DNA of 60,364 nt from Candidatus Altiarchaeota archaeon (GTDB lineage Archaea; SpSt-1190): positions 1 to 60,364 of the forward strand of contig JAAOXU010000030.1 in assembly GCA_018220935.1 (NCBI GenBank). Reading direction: 5' to 3'. Shown here piece after piece: positions 15,001 to 20,600 of the stretch. Within the stretch, counting starts at the first letter, position 1; every line of letters begins with the position of its first letter. Under the pieces are notes generated by a model that was given only the letters and a program-made list of their open reading frames with translations, had not been told where the DNA came from and ran no database searches. The position numbers and the translations under genes were made by a program.

Positions 15001-15777
15001 CAGTTTGATGCAACAGTAAGAAATATTATTGCAGTATTCTTCAAACAGGTTTGGGAAGAATCAAGTGAACTAAAGACTTTAATCGTATTTGACGAAGTCC
15101 ACAGACTCTTAGAAAAATATGGTGGTCTTGGAGGATATGTTGCACTTGAAAAGGCAGCAAGAGAATTCCGAAAATGGGGTCTTGGTTTAATGGTTATCTC
15201 TCAAGTTTTAAGCGATTTCAAAGAAGCTGTTAAAGGTAACGTATTAACTGAAGTACAAATGCATAGTAAAGGTACTGATATCGAAAGAGTCAGAAGTAAA
15301 TATGGTGATGAATACGCTGAAAGGCTAATCAGACAAGAAATTGGTGTTGGGTTCTTACAAAATCCAAGATATAACAGAGGTAAACCTTGGTTTATTAAGT
15401 TTAGACCTTTAATCCACAGCCCACATAAATTATTGGAAGAAGAGTTAGAGACATATAAGAGGTTAGGTGCAATAATCTGGGCAATTAGAGATAAAGTTAA
15501 CAAGATAAAGGAGAAAGGTAAAGACGCAGGCGATCTAGAAATGGAACTAAAATTAGCTGAAGATAAATTAAAGAGTGGTGCATTTAGAATGGCTGAGATT
15601 TATCTTGAAGGTCTAAGAAAGAAAGCTGGAATTACTGATGTTAATGCTGCAATTGGCGCTAAGAAAGGTAAGGGCGGCAAGAAAGGAAAAAAGGATAAAA
15701 AAGATAAAAAGGAAACACCAACAAAAGTAAAGACTAAAAATGAACCAGAAGAAAAAAAGGAAGTGGATAAGAAATGA
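1..15777 (+). CDS. Giant repetitive surface protein with C-terminal TM helix and cytoplasmic HerA/FtsK/VirB4-like (DUF87) ATPase; 5'-partial
   Basis: Frame +1 is open from base 1 (LTVQGTLTHNLENPDGETY...), so the true start lies upstream. Contains ~330-aa repeats, dense N-x-S/T sequons, CGNQVCE..GE...CPQDC, a Gly17 linker and a TM helix (~14443-14520). Walker A GATGSGKT (14698-14721), Walker B LIVFDEVH, AREFRKWGLGLMVISQ, Lys-rich tail. Confidence 0.92.
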   Translation, partial: LTVQGTLTHNLENPDGETYLKGVNISIRGNVTNDCNIGMNSIYTNFTQKSDFTSEELKCSPINDEGDGYYNCTFNTSNISPRWYDLSFNASEIYYHDNNKTLNNKFFVETEPSVANTKVNTSSYDGDDGVIGGYSEIFNYSVFVTDVDGDTLTAWLWLRSWNQTSGNWTNWTFENTKSCVDCNNTLLYSEKLNFLCSDLKDWQFLWNVTDDPDDPLPGETTYFDEDIPKNFTIEQDDVQVNYYAGDGGTIWRNGTDSRVLSTEIWDVDDQRYLSTGEADGFFWITVNGTDWDGAHAVGTIQRFFNYTYNPDCSYFTGTQKWVSGTVSNTCFKDVNSSEFTATLQTYLQGSIDTPDGEPYQRGQPIPFNMYVEDECSVGVESLTRQLHLYVEGNQYDITSGITDPSNGTYTYSWDSALKTLGNYNATFEVSKTNYVAQNITKISAFDLGEPPELQLQSVDRLLGGWGETWKFSVQCRDREGDTDQVQLWIKKNATENWEMIQEQNCTSGSYVVKDFFEVFTCSDITPIGDDAQWKFNASDQWGFTDETAIGTVDIEKDDVSMSLIAGHNNLINRESNPTLYLSVRAYDDDKLEYLPTDRNGTFYITTNGTEFDSGNTSVTNATGHLVYNFNPSCSYETGLQNWKGGIENDVCYKDSFSPDYDLSVYGQLKNAIEIPTYGSIFQTTNPIDIRLNVSTDCSAEGIINSTNVNITLNSPLDDLESCTPVNNEGDGWYNCTWDSSFRAPGLWDIGTNSTKSYFNFNYTNLVNWFELQNKPTNYSDVNVTLNSSGWGAPFNYSVNVTDDDTDDVNCTLYVSLNGGSSFESKGLQLITNGTGICYFDLQSFTCADIGTDNQYYFQLNDGYNSVQTQTEAGPTMTKDSLTITHLDGNGGTVNRTITSLLLKVNVTDDNTGSIAQDNLPVYFNITNNGLNYTQEDIDNTTLGVSQITFNPTCSYEVGVQKWFTYFEEDSCFFAANTSEFNLTIYGKITNTIILPNGTEHYQGEDNVTFRANFSDQCNNLIDPEYVNFSYTHQDTASEDYCSPSVNESFGYYNCSIETTNLSTRWYDTEVYANKTLHTPNIETETQAFWIETRPNITLVSVVSEQGGGIGGWGESWTFKVNVTDWDKDAVKVWFWDRPASGGDWEILSPFGVTKAVGIESQIVTFIYNGYTCSDFTGGANREWFVNGTDDPSEPISEQDITNTSVSTHSLERNDVEILHNQGNGSSLNRSNVTNGETVTLKVQIRDTDKDASVNTQDTSKFLVTTDGFSFTQDLQLATIEPGGYVTDDFPSIAECTYGISLQKWKVEFGETCYKTTQSQEWNVTLKTDPIEVILYTPKGDPYRQGIDDIEFYGGAYDDCGGVTNADLTFEAIQNDNTYVCSGTQGVGNGNYTCNITNTGAWLLGNYNATMNASKQGYNDSVVLLVEDGIKLATQPSLVGFFVSTSDGGNSYGWGEYWDFQVDFFDSDQLVYDYEVANITLWYFNDSQWILLNSTTCSAPTCRLTETRHFYRDFTCSDIGSNIPFTLNITDYWNFTETWNFNQDIITDDVLLTVIQSPTYVSRENQTVLIQVRGTDQDAGHLLGASINGSFEVTTNGSGTWSVPIYNQTDSGGYLSYNFNPGCGYNVGNQDWRSQIETACYSTTAIGPASGFMDVIGQLKNNITYPTNGSSYYVTDLVNFTFNISDECNENWQPISDAYLNITFNSTNGLNATFDQNNTTYVGEGLYNFSWITDFHEGGLWDVKLTSQKEYYYSNQTDFTDYIYLNNTPAVAENFSVTPTTEGWGRTFTFSADIMDSEQDNITCKLFVTTDSGSTWIYKDEQVITWGVGTCELNVTDFNCADIGTDNYYRFEIDDGTQENIFNTSYTQGPNITADDVYLEYLDGNQTVVSRYGINETLLSFRVYDQDQSNLTISGIQTTYWVTRDGSTYVSHTGTTTNSSGHSNYDFDPVCDPLYSQGIQNWRAGVTDSCYVGTNLTETYQLTIMGSLTNDLDYIYKIGVPTAPPVNLTRDEEDLQADIHITDDCSLDVDAANVNVTWISEYSNEYNCTVSGIGSGAYRCDMPTNNTRARWYDISMNSSKQPYYYDNLAFVQSNVLFVQTRPVVTNLTCLNCPGGWGEVFEYSVTLTDEDLDNVTAKLFVKKPGSIFSFELNVTNVSSPIINKTVILSIPDSTFTCPDHLGIGEFKFEVQDNRGLVRSNQTNYSVERDDVRFEMYNGDTEMVWRNGTGYVFLSLDLYDDDRNISLPSGLGGNVWVTVNESYWDAGKGIATNSTGNFNYNFMQELPPSGQRCDYSLGPQWWRGWINDTCYKDTYSQNYTTTIMSELIPQTIIPDGEGYIVGDKMLIAGTVGDDCPALVENVTAEYKLKRGSNTYTCSISNNFNWTENSGWYNCTWDSASRVKGWYDITLNVSKTYYANNGSIKTSAFFLGEPPVLENPLIDHSYGGWGEQYGFQVIFSDPDYHANNLSLWISSDNSTWNLKDSKSAIGVQATVQFIERFTCGDISIFPNGTRYWKITAVDPFNYSDETPVFEINFTTDNVTVVVQSSSNDTVRRMGANDAFLEFLIYDTDLDVYPNDTSSLVWITENFTNYTILKTCTSTNGYCNVTHDPVCASSIGDQLWIGATNDSCYQVLNSTPGTLEVIGQLYAQPERPSEGQIINRNTTELFNTSVVDECSELVNGATVNWYDDSDNSIGNGYEVNWSIPNGFELGGETITTNTSKTSYDPGTNSTNIYVYGWAIITDIQPPDSTQIEAGTTAQITCEVKDKNIGSPLPTYSVDFYKNETFQDTKATGIDGIATWQWNTNTEPFGWYNISCLIGNEPSMFYNYSGGLNTTILQVRRLLKFSYVTPTPYQFYRNDSFTPHETYLEAKVTEAQTGPSEDSNITFYNQTYELIGWCITNPQGECNVTFNASDTTIPDIYTVYANATKSGAEPSVTNSTTIKVQAKMSANITDPVNDSAWTKGNVINLIVVVKDENNQNITSADVFWYNESNEVAQGLSTTLNLNTQDTGWRNLTVEIRKNCANSPSTECYDREYGETIIRIDGLSGVRWLSPTAQPVSPWTQITVLEAENFSCEVYDTITSQKIFNYSTEMWYQFDVGDWVKLGSFYSGHNGNVTQTFIPQVKGDLTFKCNITDDISKLYTVDIAEASATFEVIDDVPPTIYDYYIYPTSGLEAYQDNTTIYTTISDNIGVSTAWAAIELPNTTFVTKSFVRYPYPNTFKFVDLENSTNITHVENISEPGRVSFFNLTIENNETFDAYFNVSVNGILVFDNVSLINSTNTTIDLVENYTFSSAGEFNLSVMFFNASSEPLNLSHVSWINYTVHSDRYNVSYVPLIGGTHNVVIYAQDLPPENNLASQAAGSFNAGGITNVTVNLTPAYQPAFGITQLDDFTYIVTANITNWGPVTAINVSLNITDSSIDYMSYNITNASCGNLAANSSCVHYVLTTVKEKTPPAFIQISYNVSWVNPDRGFNTTIGITEVEVAENPILNTSEIAVFAEASHQKMTYIGNITVESQGNTPIFDISIYTVGGDLFTKCAECDLTIVPDVQGLVSAGDSFRADLWLDVPWGQDPGIYLTNLRVNTSNAAYKDVLLNVTVPWNNSWNRAPSTYGTILALLNTNVTLGNVTANNVGNVRLDFINYVSGTGAPMVNITPRIFGLPKINSKDITVSYSVEPDSIEGIYPVVITLRPEDQAGNQADPFDNIVTFTLNVTDLPPLIEDIVVEPQNFEVSFDTVNINATITDNFVVAEAWINLTLPNGTDYIKFMNNESSHYFTTYNTDTIGFYKLKICANDTRFLSGCTEVINLTANANTTIKFEPESSLTVTNARWLDDINYTFNYSLRNSGYSRAFNVSADYSTFEGWVVYPSEFNTSILLKQETYNDSMYIEVPAATVAGNYTFNFYANWTNYDNSTGENTTNLTIEVLENTLIEATPSEINLTIINKEKKLQIIQILSAGNVPVQNVSISCVSGLICNNMTVNITPQLIGDMPQGTLALVNLTIEVPEVFETDVYYSDIFVNGTESSQVVKLWVRVPLNMSWDHNTTSISKVLVQGEQGDFGTVGIRNLGNVLAKINLNVTGNITDSIIVDKFYFEMPIDGSDQVNIKYNTSESYFRQDLVGEIVTYNDTANITEQRTNLSMTIHPLWVTTLNPTETNPKIGVFNGTNITATISATYGYSIITSGIAFNASLRRGNTYYDLNQTYKYNVTDFVWYLNFTAPQLNYSIGYDLVITGNYSLFDIAKTNIQDKAIVYNDTVNPIVLISAPGKTGINDTAVIYLNATDAGGVKDATMTITFPDTISKITTAMTYLYKVNDTYVFRLNFNDTQQEGVYGVSAEACDYSGNCGIGISQFTTFPFAQWHGRALDVDRSDTVPINLTFNLYEELTDNSLFFVYPNETGYYNETIDARRYDIVTNYENVTTKLYGARVFGDIENPIVHGVIPGSMIGLGTYVGLDFESNLTYDTARITFDYADFAGVSANNLGIYECENWIRFQGCGGNWTRMIGTVIDLGKEQVYAVVTAFEDAYIMSEYVCGNQVCETGYGESLATCPQDCQVSSPSPTEPGPSDGGGGGGGGGGGGGGGGGATPTDELAPIPIEFKAPVIDVTVYPGESKVFGIEITNNQINSTEGIIYAEGPIWSLLEFQFDEFTVENKSTRTIQISVKPTNNVTPGVYTGDIVIEIGSLKHRIPASIAVEILQEPLLDVNVKMLTPTVRPGEDLKFEVTLINMGGTEEVEDIVINYTVRTLEGDETLITIASETVAVDNINRYIREVAIPEDAEEGRYVIEATARYWYGRKYALSTDSFDITIEPAAITAIRKIFGWWVTWVLMFILAPVAYFGGQWVIDYYRKWKAAKESKQRYTLPVDMDELPKAGGSAVKVGKLAGTELDAWFDLDDLMTHAIVAGATGSGKTVSAMVIAEEALKSGKSMVVFDPTAQWSGFLAPNKDQKMIKHFPEFGLTEEDSKSFKGLIFEITDPEQIMNIDFKQWIRPGEITVFTLNKLTTSQFDATVRNIIAVFFKQVWEESSELKTLIVFDEVHRLLEKYGGLGGYVALEKAAREFRKWGLGLMVISQVLSDFKEAVKGNVLTEVQMHSKGTDIERVRSKYGDEYAERLIRQEIGVGFLQNPRYNRGKPWFIKFRPLIHSPHKLLEEELETYKRLGAIIWAIRDKVNKIKEKGKDAGDLEMELKLAEDKLKSGAFRMAEIYLEGLRKKAGITDVNAAIGAKKGKGGKKGKKDKKDKKETPTKVKTKNEPEEKKEVDKK
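385..7950 (+). repeat. Eight diverged tandem ~330-aa (~990 bp) protein repeat units within the giant CDS
   Basis: GGYSE/GGWGE/SGWGA/GGWGE/YGWGE/EGWGR/GGWGE/GGWGE motifs at ~394, 1387, 2362, 3328, 4351, 5341, 6337, 7327. Units recurrently carry F.C.D, DDV, FNP.C.Y..G.Q.W....CY and G.YNC motifs. Confidence 0.88.
13690..13740 (+). repeat. (GGN)17 poly-glycine linker
   Basis: 17 consecutive Gly codons with mixed third positions, following the Cys motif and a Ser/Pro/Thr stretch. Confidence 0.95.
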
Positions 15778-16475
15778 AGTGGTTAGTAATTGCAATGGTT
15801 TTAGTTAGTGGATTTGCACTTAACTATAGTTATGATGGTTTAATTTATTCAACACCGGGAAAATCTATAGTATTACCAATTCACATTCAAAGCCTAGATG
15901 AGGAAGGGTTGTATGAAATAAATTGTTTCTCAAAGGCAAAAGTGAATTGTCCTGGTAATTTTTTTGTTAGTGCTAACAAAGAACAAAGTTTTGATGTTTT
16001 AATCACCCCCGAATTAGGGAGTCAAGTAGTGAATATAAAAATTGGAAGTGATTTTTTAAAATTTGAAGTAATTGGTTCAACTCAAACAGAAGTATTTCTC
16101 ACACGGTTAAAAAATTATGATGATTCTTTTTTTAGACTCGAAAAAACATATGGTGAACACACTGCAATTGATGATGCTAAGTTATTGATTAGAGAAGGTT
16201 ACATTGCATATGGATTGAATGATTTTGATGCAATGGACGGTATAACTCGTAATTTAGGTAGTATACTTAGTAATTATTATGATACACTTGATCCAATTGA
16301 TTTATTTGAAGAAGAAACACCATCAAAATTAAATTTTTCAGTTATTCCGTTGTTGTTATTAGTGAGCTTTGTAGTAATTTTGTATATAAGGCCAAAGAAA
16401 GAGATTAAGAGGACTTATGTTGATGAACTCACATCTTTAGTTAAAAAGGAGGAATATAATATTGGCATCCGCTAA
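15774..16475 (+). CDS. Small exported membrane-anchored protein (signal peptide, Ig-like beta domain, helical segment, C-terminal TM)
   Basis: ATGA overlap with the giant gene's stop codon. N-terminal MKWLVIAMVLVSGFA; C-terminal VIPLLLLVSFVVILYI followed by RPKK. Confidence 0.8.
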   Translation: MKWLVIAMVLVSGFALNYSYDGLIYSTPGKSIVLPIHIQSLDEEGLYEINCFSKAKVNCPGNFFVSANKEQSFDVLITPELGSQVVNIKIGSDFLKFEVIGSTQTEVFLTRLKNYDDSFFRLEKTYGEHTAIDDAKLLIREGYIAYGLNDFDAMDGITRNLGSILSNYYDTLDPIDLFEEETPSKLNFSVIPLLLLVSFVVILYIRPKKEIKRTYVDELTSLVKKEEYNIGIR

Positions 16476-17634
16476 AAAACCAAAAAAAACAGCAAAAAAG
16501 GCATCTAAGACTGTTAAGAAGGTTAAAGTAGAGAAAAAGACCCCAGAAGAGACAACAGAAGAAACTCAAGAAGAAGAGAGTCAAGAACAGACTATTGGGG
16601 ACATTGTTGAAGAAGAAGGGTTAGTAACTGAACCAGATCGAGAATCAATGCTCGGAAAAGACGCAGCGCCAGATATCTCAGAACTTTTAATGCGAATTGA
16701 CCGAATTGATGGTAAGCTCGACTTATTCAAAGGTATGCTTGATTCATTTGGTGAACGAATTTCAGATATGAATGAAAGATTAGGGGACACTAGACGAATG
16801 GTGTTTGACAGAGAAAAATGGGCAAGTAAATTAGAAACTGAATTTGAGAAAGTATCTAGTATTGTAAAAGAACTTGATCCCGAAAAAATAGTTTTAAAAT
16901 TTGAAAAATTCAAAACAGGTATTGATACTCAAGATGCAAGAGTAAGTAGACTAGATGAACTTCAAAACAATGCAAATGAAAGAATGAAATTAGTTGAAGA
17001 GAAATTAGTGAATATAAAAAGTCTTGATAATATTATGAAGGCTGCTGAACTTGTTGATAAAAAAATTAAGGAAATAGAAGATACTAAAAATTATTCAGAT
17101 AAACTAGCAGCAAAAGTTGAATCTATGTTTTTAGAAATTAATGATAAGGTGAGTTATCTAAAAGATAATGTGAGTAAACTTCAAAAAGTTGACTCATTAA
17201 CTAATGATGCTACAAAAGAAATTGAAAGTATTAAATTTCAAATTGATCAAGAACTAGTTAAAAGAAAAGATGCAGATGAATTAATTGATTCAGTAAAAGA
17301 TATTATTGTTGAGGAAATTGTCGGGATTAATCCTGCAGCATTTGACAGTTTGCGTCACAGAGTAACTTTAATGGAGAATAAAGATAAAAGTAGTAAGTCT
17401 CTTGAAAATGAAATGGGTAAATACTCAGGCTTAATGGATAAAGTTGAACGAGACTTTCAAATGGGTAGATTAAAAGACCAGAGTTATGGTGAAATAAAAA
17501 AGAGCACTGAAAAGAAAATTGCTGAGATTAAGTATGTGCTCGAATTACGTTCAAACAAACCAAATAAAGCACCTCAAAAACTCAAAGAAAAGTTAATTAG
17601 AACAGTCAAGGAAGACCAAAAAAGAAATAAGTAA
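16462..17634 (+). CDS. Cytoplasmic long coiled-coil protein with basic then acidic N-terminus
   Basis: TTG start preceded by AAGGAGG, overlapping the upstream gene. Heptad-like K/E/L-rich helices, no TM segment, SHOCT-like ERDFQMGRLKDQSYGEIK near the C-terminus. Confidence 0.8.
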   Translation: MASAKKPKKTAKKASKTVKKVKVEKKTPEETTEETQEEESQEQTIGDIVEEEGLVTEPDRESMLGKDAAPDISELLMRIDRIDGKLDLFKGMLDSFGERISDMNERLGDTRRMVFDREKWASKLETEFEKVSSIVKELDPEKIVLKFEKFKTGIDTQDARVSRLDELQNNANERMKLVEEKLVNIKSLDNIMKAAELVDKKIKEIEDTKNYSDKLAAKVESMFLEINDKVSYLKDNVSKLQKVDSLTNDATKEIESIKFQIDQELVKRKDADELIDSVKDIIVEEIVGINPAAFDSLRHRVTLMENKDKSSKSLENEMGKYSGLMDKVERDFQMGRLKDQSYGEIKKSTEKKIAEIKYVLELRSNKPNKAPQKLKEKLIRTVKEDQKRNK

Positions 17635-17636
17635 AT

Positions 17637-20600
17637 TTATTTTATTAGTCCTTTTAATTCTTCAAATGTTTCTCTGGATATCATACCCTCTTCATACTGG
17701 TCTTTTAATGCGTCATAAACATCTGAATATTCATTTTCTTCTCGTGACCTAATAAGAGTATTTTTAATTTTAAGTAAGGATGTTCGTCTCTCTTTATCCT
17801 TAAAGACATTAAATTTCTTAAGAGCAATTACAGCCACAAGTCCAATTATTGCGATAAATATTAAGATAAGATACCACTTAGTTGGAATTTGTGGGAGCAA
17901 AATAGTTGGCAAAAAGTCAGGTTTTGCAATTTCTAATCTATATTTAATTTCTTCAATCACACTTTCTGCTTCAGATATCGTTTTTATAGCATCAACCACA
18001 CTGTCTTCGAGTAGGTAAGTATCAGCAACTTCTAGTAGTTCCCTCGATTTTCTAAGTAAGGATAATATTTTTGTAACGTCCCCACCTCTAGCAGCAACTT
18101 TCCCAGTCTGGTCTTCTAAATCAAGTAGTTCGCTCTGAAGTGTATTAATCCTCGCACGAAGTGCTTCTTCTTGAGTTTTAAATACAAGTATTTTATAGAA
18201 TTCTGAGACTTCAATTTCTTTAGCAATTATTCTTAGTTTAGTAACGTATGTCCTAGCTGATGCTGAATCGGGAATTGAGAATTTAACTACTAAGTAACCA
18301 TTTGAACCCGCACTCAAAAGATCAATATCACGTACTACTTCAAACCATTCTTTTTCAATATCTTCAAAGAAGACTGTGATAGCAGTTAAATCAATATTAC
18401 CTGTGTTTTTTAGTTCAATGGTGAGGTATCCTACTGAGCCTCGATTTAATATTAGTTGATCAGGGAAAAGATTAGTTACAGTAAGTTCAATAACTGCCGC
18501 TTGAACTGGTTCGAGTATTTCAAGTGGTTCTCCTTCAGTAGTTGCTGCAATTACATTAAATGTTCTTGAAACTTCAATTGGCGGACTAACTGTAGAATAA
18601 TTAAGTAGTACGTTTAGAGTATAGTTTCCTGGAAGTTGGTTAGAGAAAATATTAAGACTTCTATTAAGAGTTCTGTTACCTCCTGCGGCCACAAAAATAG
18701 CTTCCCCCTTAACTTCGTCATATTTTACGTTGTCTTTTTCAACCCAATAAGATACGAATACATCTTGACCAAAATCACCCATGTTCTCAAGTAGTATATC
18801 AAAATCTTGAGACGTACTGACTTCAACTTCAGGTTCAATATTAAGAATTACAACGTCAAACGGTCCCCCGTATGTGACCCTAAATGATTCTAACTTTTTA
18901 ATTTGTCTCCCCCCTTCTTCAAGAGTCAAAACTGCCAAATAATATCCAACAGGAGAATTAACTGGCATTGCAAATGAATAGGTGTAGAGTGTACTCGTGT
19001 TAGTTGCATCAAACTGACTAAACGATTCTGTTGAGAAGTAAATGTTTTGTGCAGGATCATACACAGTAAGGTTTATTTTTTCTGGAGGGGGGAAAGGCCT
19101 ATCCCCATATGTTAGCACATAAAAGTTCATAGTAGAATCAGGATACCAAACTAAACTTGTATCAAATTCAATATTGTAGTCTTCCCTTGCTTTAAATTGA
19201 TAGGTTGCATTTGCGTATACTGTTTTATTTGCAATCCCATCATAGTGAGTTCCATTCACAAATACAGTATAGTTCCCAATTGGTGCATCACTTGCGAGAC
19301 TAAAAGTAGGAATTGGCTCAACTTTTCCAGGTGTACTTAATTCTTCTAAATATCGCAAATCCCCAAATGGATCGTGTATAAAAATAGAAAGATTAGACGA
19401 AATTAAAGTGCCTGCATAATCAGTAGAGTTTACGTATAATGATACAGTCTCACCTAAAAAGTAAGTTCCGTAAATGGTTTCAATTGGAATTTCAAGAAGG
19501 GGATATATGTATTTTGTAATATTTACCCTAGAAGTCAAACCAAGATTATCTTGAATTTCAATCTGAAAAGTGTAGTTTCCAAATACATCACTAATTCCCC
19601 CTACAGTTGGATAATCAGTTGAATAATAGTAGGTTACATTAAATTGGCTAATTAGGTTTAAGTTAATAAATTCAGTTCCATTATTGGGTTTAAAGACCAC
19701 AATTCTTGAGAAGTTTAAACCCTGAGCCGATTTATCAGTAACGTTTACGTATATTGTAAAAGTTTCTAGTTCTTGAGAAAGATTAACTGAAAAACTCGTA
19801 TTTATTTCTGCTAGTTCTCTTGGGATCATACTTAAGTTAAAATAATCCCAAGAAGGTGTACCACCCTCAACACTAATGTTATATGTAGCATTATAGTAAT
19901 CTCTAGCAACCCCAGTTATATTCCAAAGAAAATCAATTAAGTAGGTGGTTTGTTTTGGGATTGTGAAGTTAGTTGTATTTGGAAATGTATAGTTTGATGT
20001 TTCGGGTGATATTGAAAAATTCAAAGGAACGTTACCAGTATTATTAAAGAAAACACCACACATAGTTCCTAAATCAAATGCAACAGGAGTTGTACAATTT
20101 TGTGGAGAGTGTTCCCACGTTTTGGAAGTTGGAATTGTAACATTTAGAAAAACTTCATCATACCCACCACCAGAACTAGTAACGTTATTAGTACCTAAAT
20201 AATATCCAGGGATATAACCTGCAGGAATTGTAACATTAACATCAATATCAGTAATATTACCCGCAGCAAGTGAACTTATGACGGGATTAAATACAAAGGT
20301 AAAATCGGGTAAATTCAAAACGTTAGTTCCCATACTAGTTACTTGATCATTTCCTGTGTTGATTAGTGTGTAAAAACCAATTACAGTTGAAGTACCATGA
20401 GTTGCATTGTTTGCAATAAAACTTTGATTCACAATAAATTCTTGATGTGAACTTACGTTTATTGATACATCAGTAACATTATACGACACACCAACACCAG
20501 GATTAATCCAACTGACATTTGCACGAATTATATACGTCCCAGGGGATGAACCCATCAAACCAACATTAAAGGCACTCTCACAATATTCATTTATTTGAAG

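Noticed and set aside
1977-16913. Short ORFs nested in the giant and coiled-coil genes (e.g. 1977-2246, 4730-4975, 9543-9797, 15201-15503, 16581-16913)
   Set aside because: Antisense or off-frame shadows of long genes, with no motifs.
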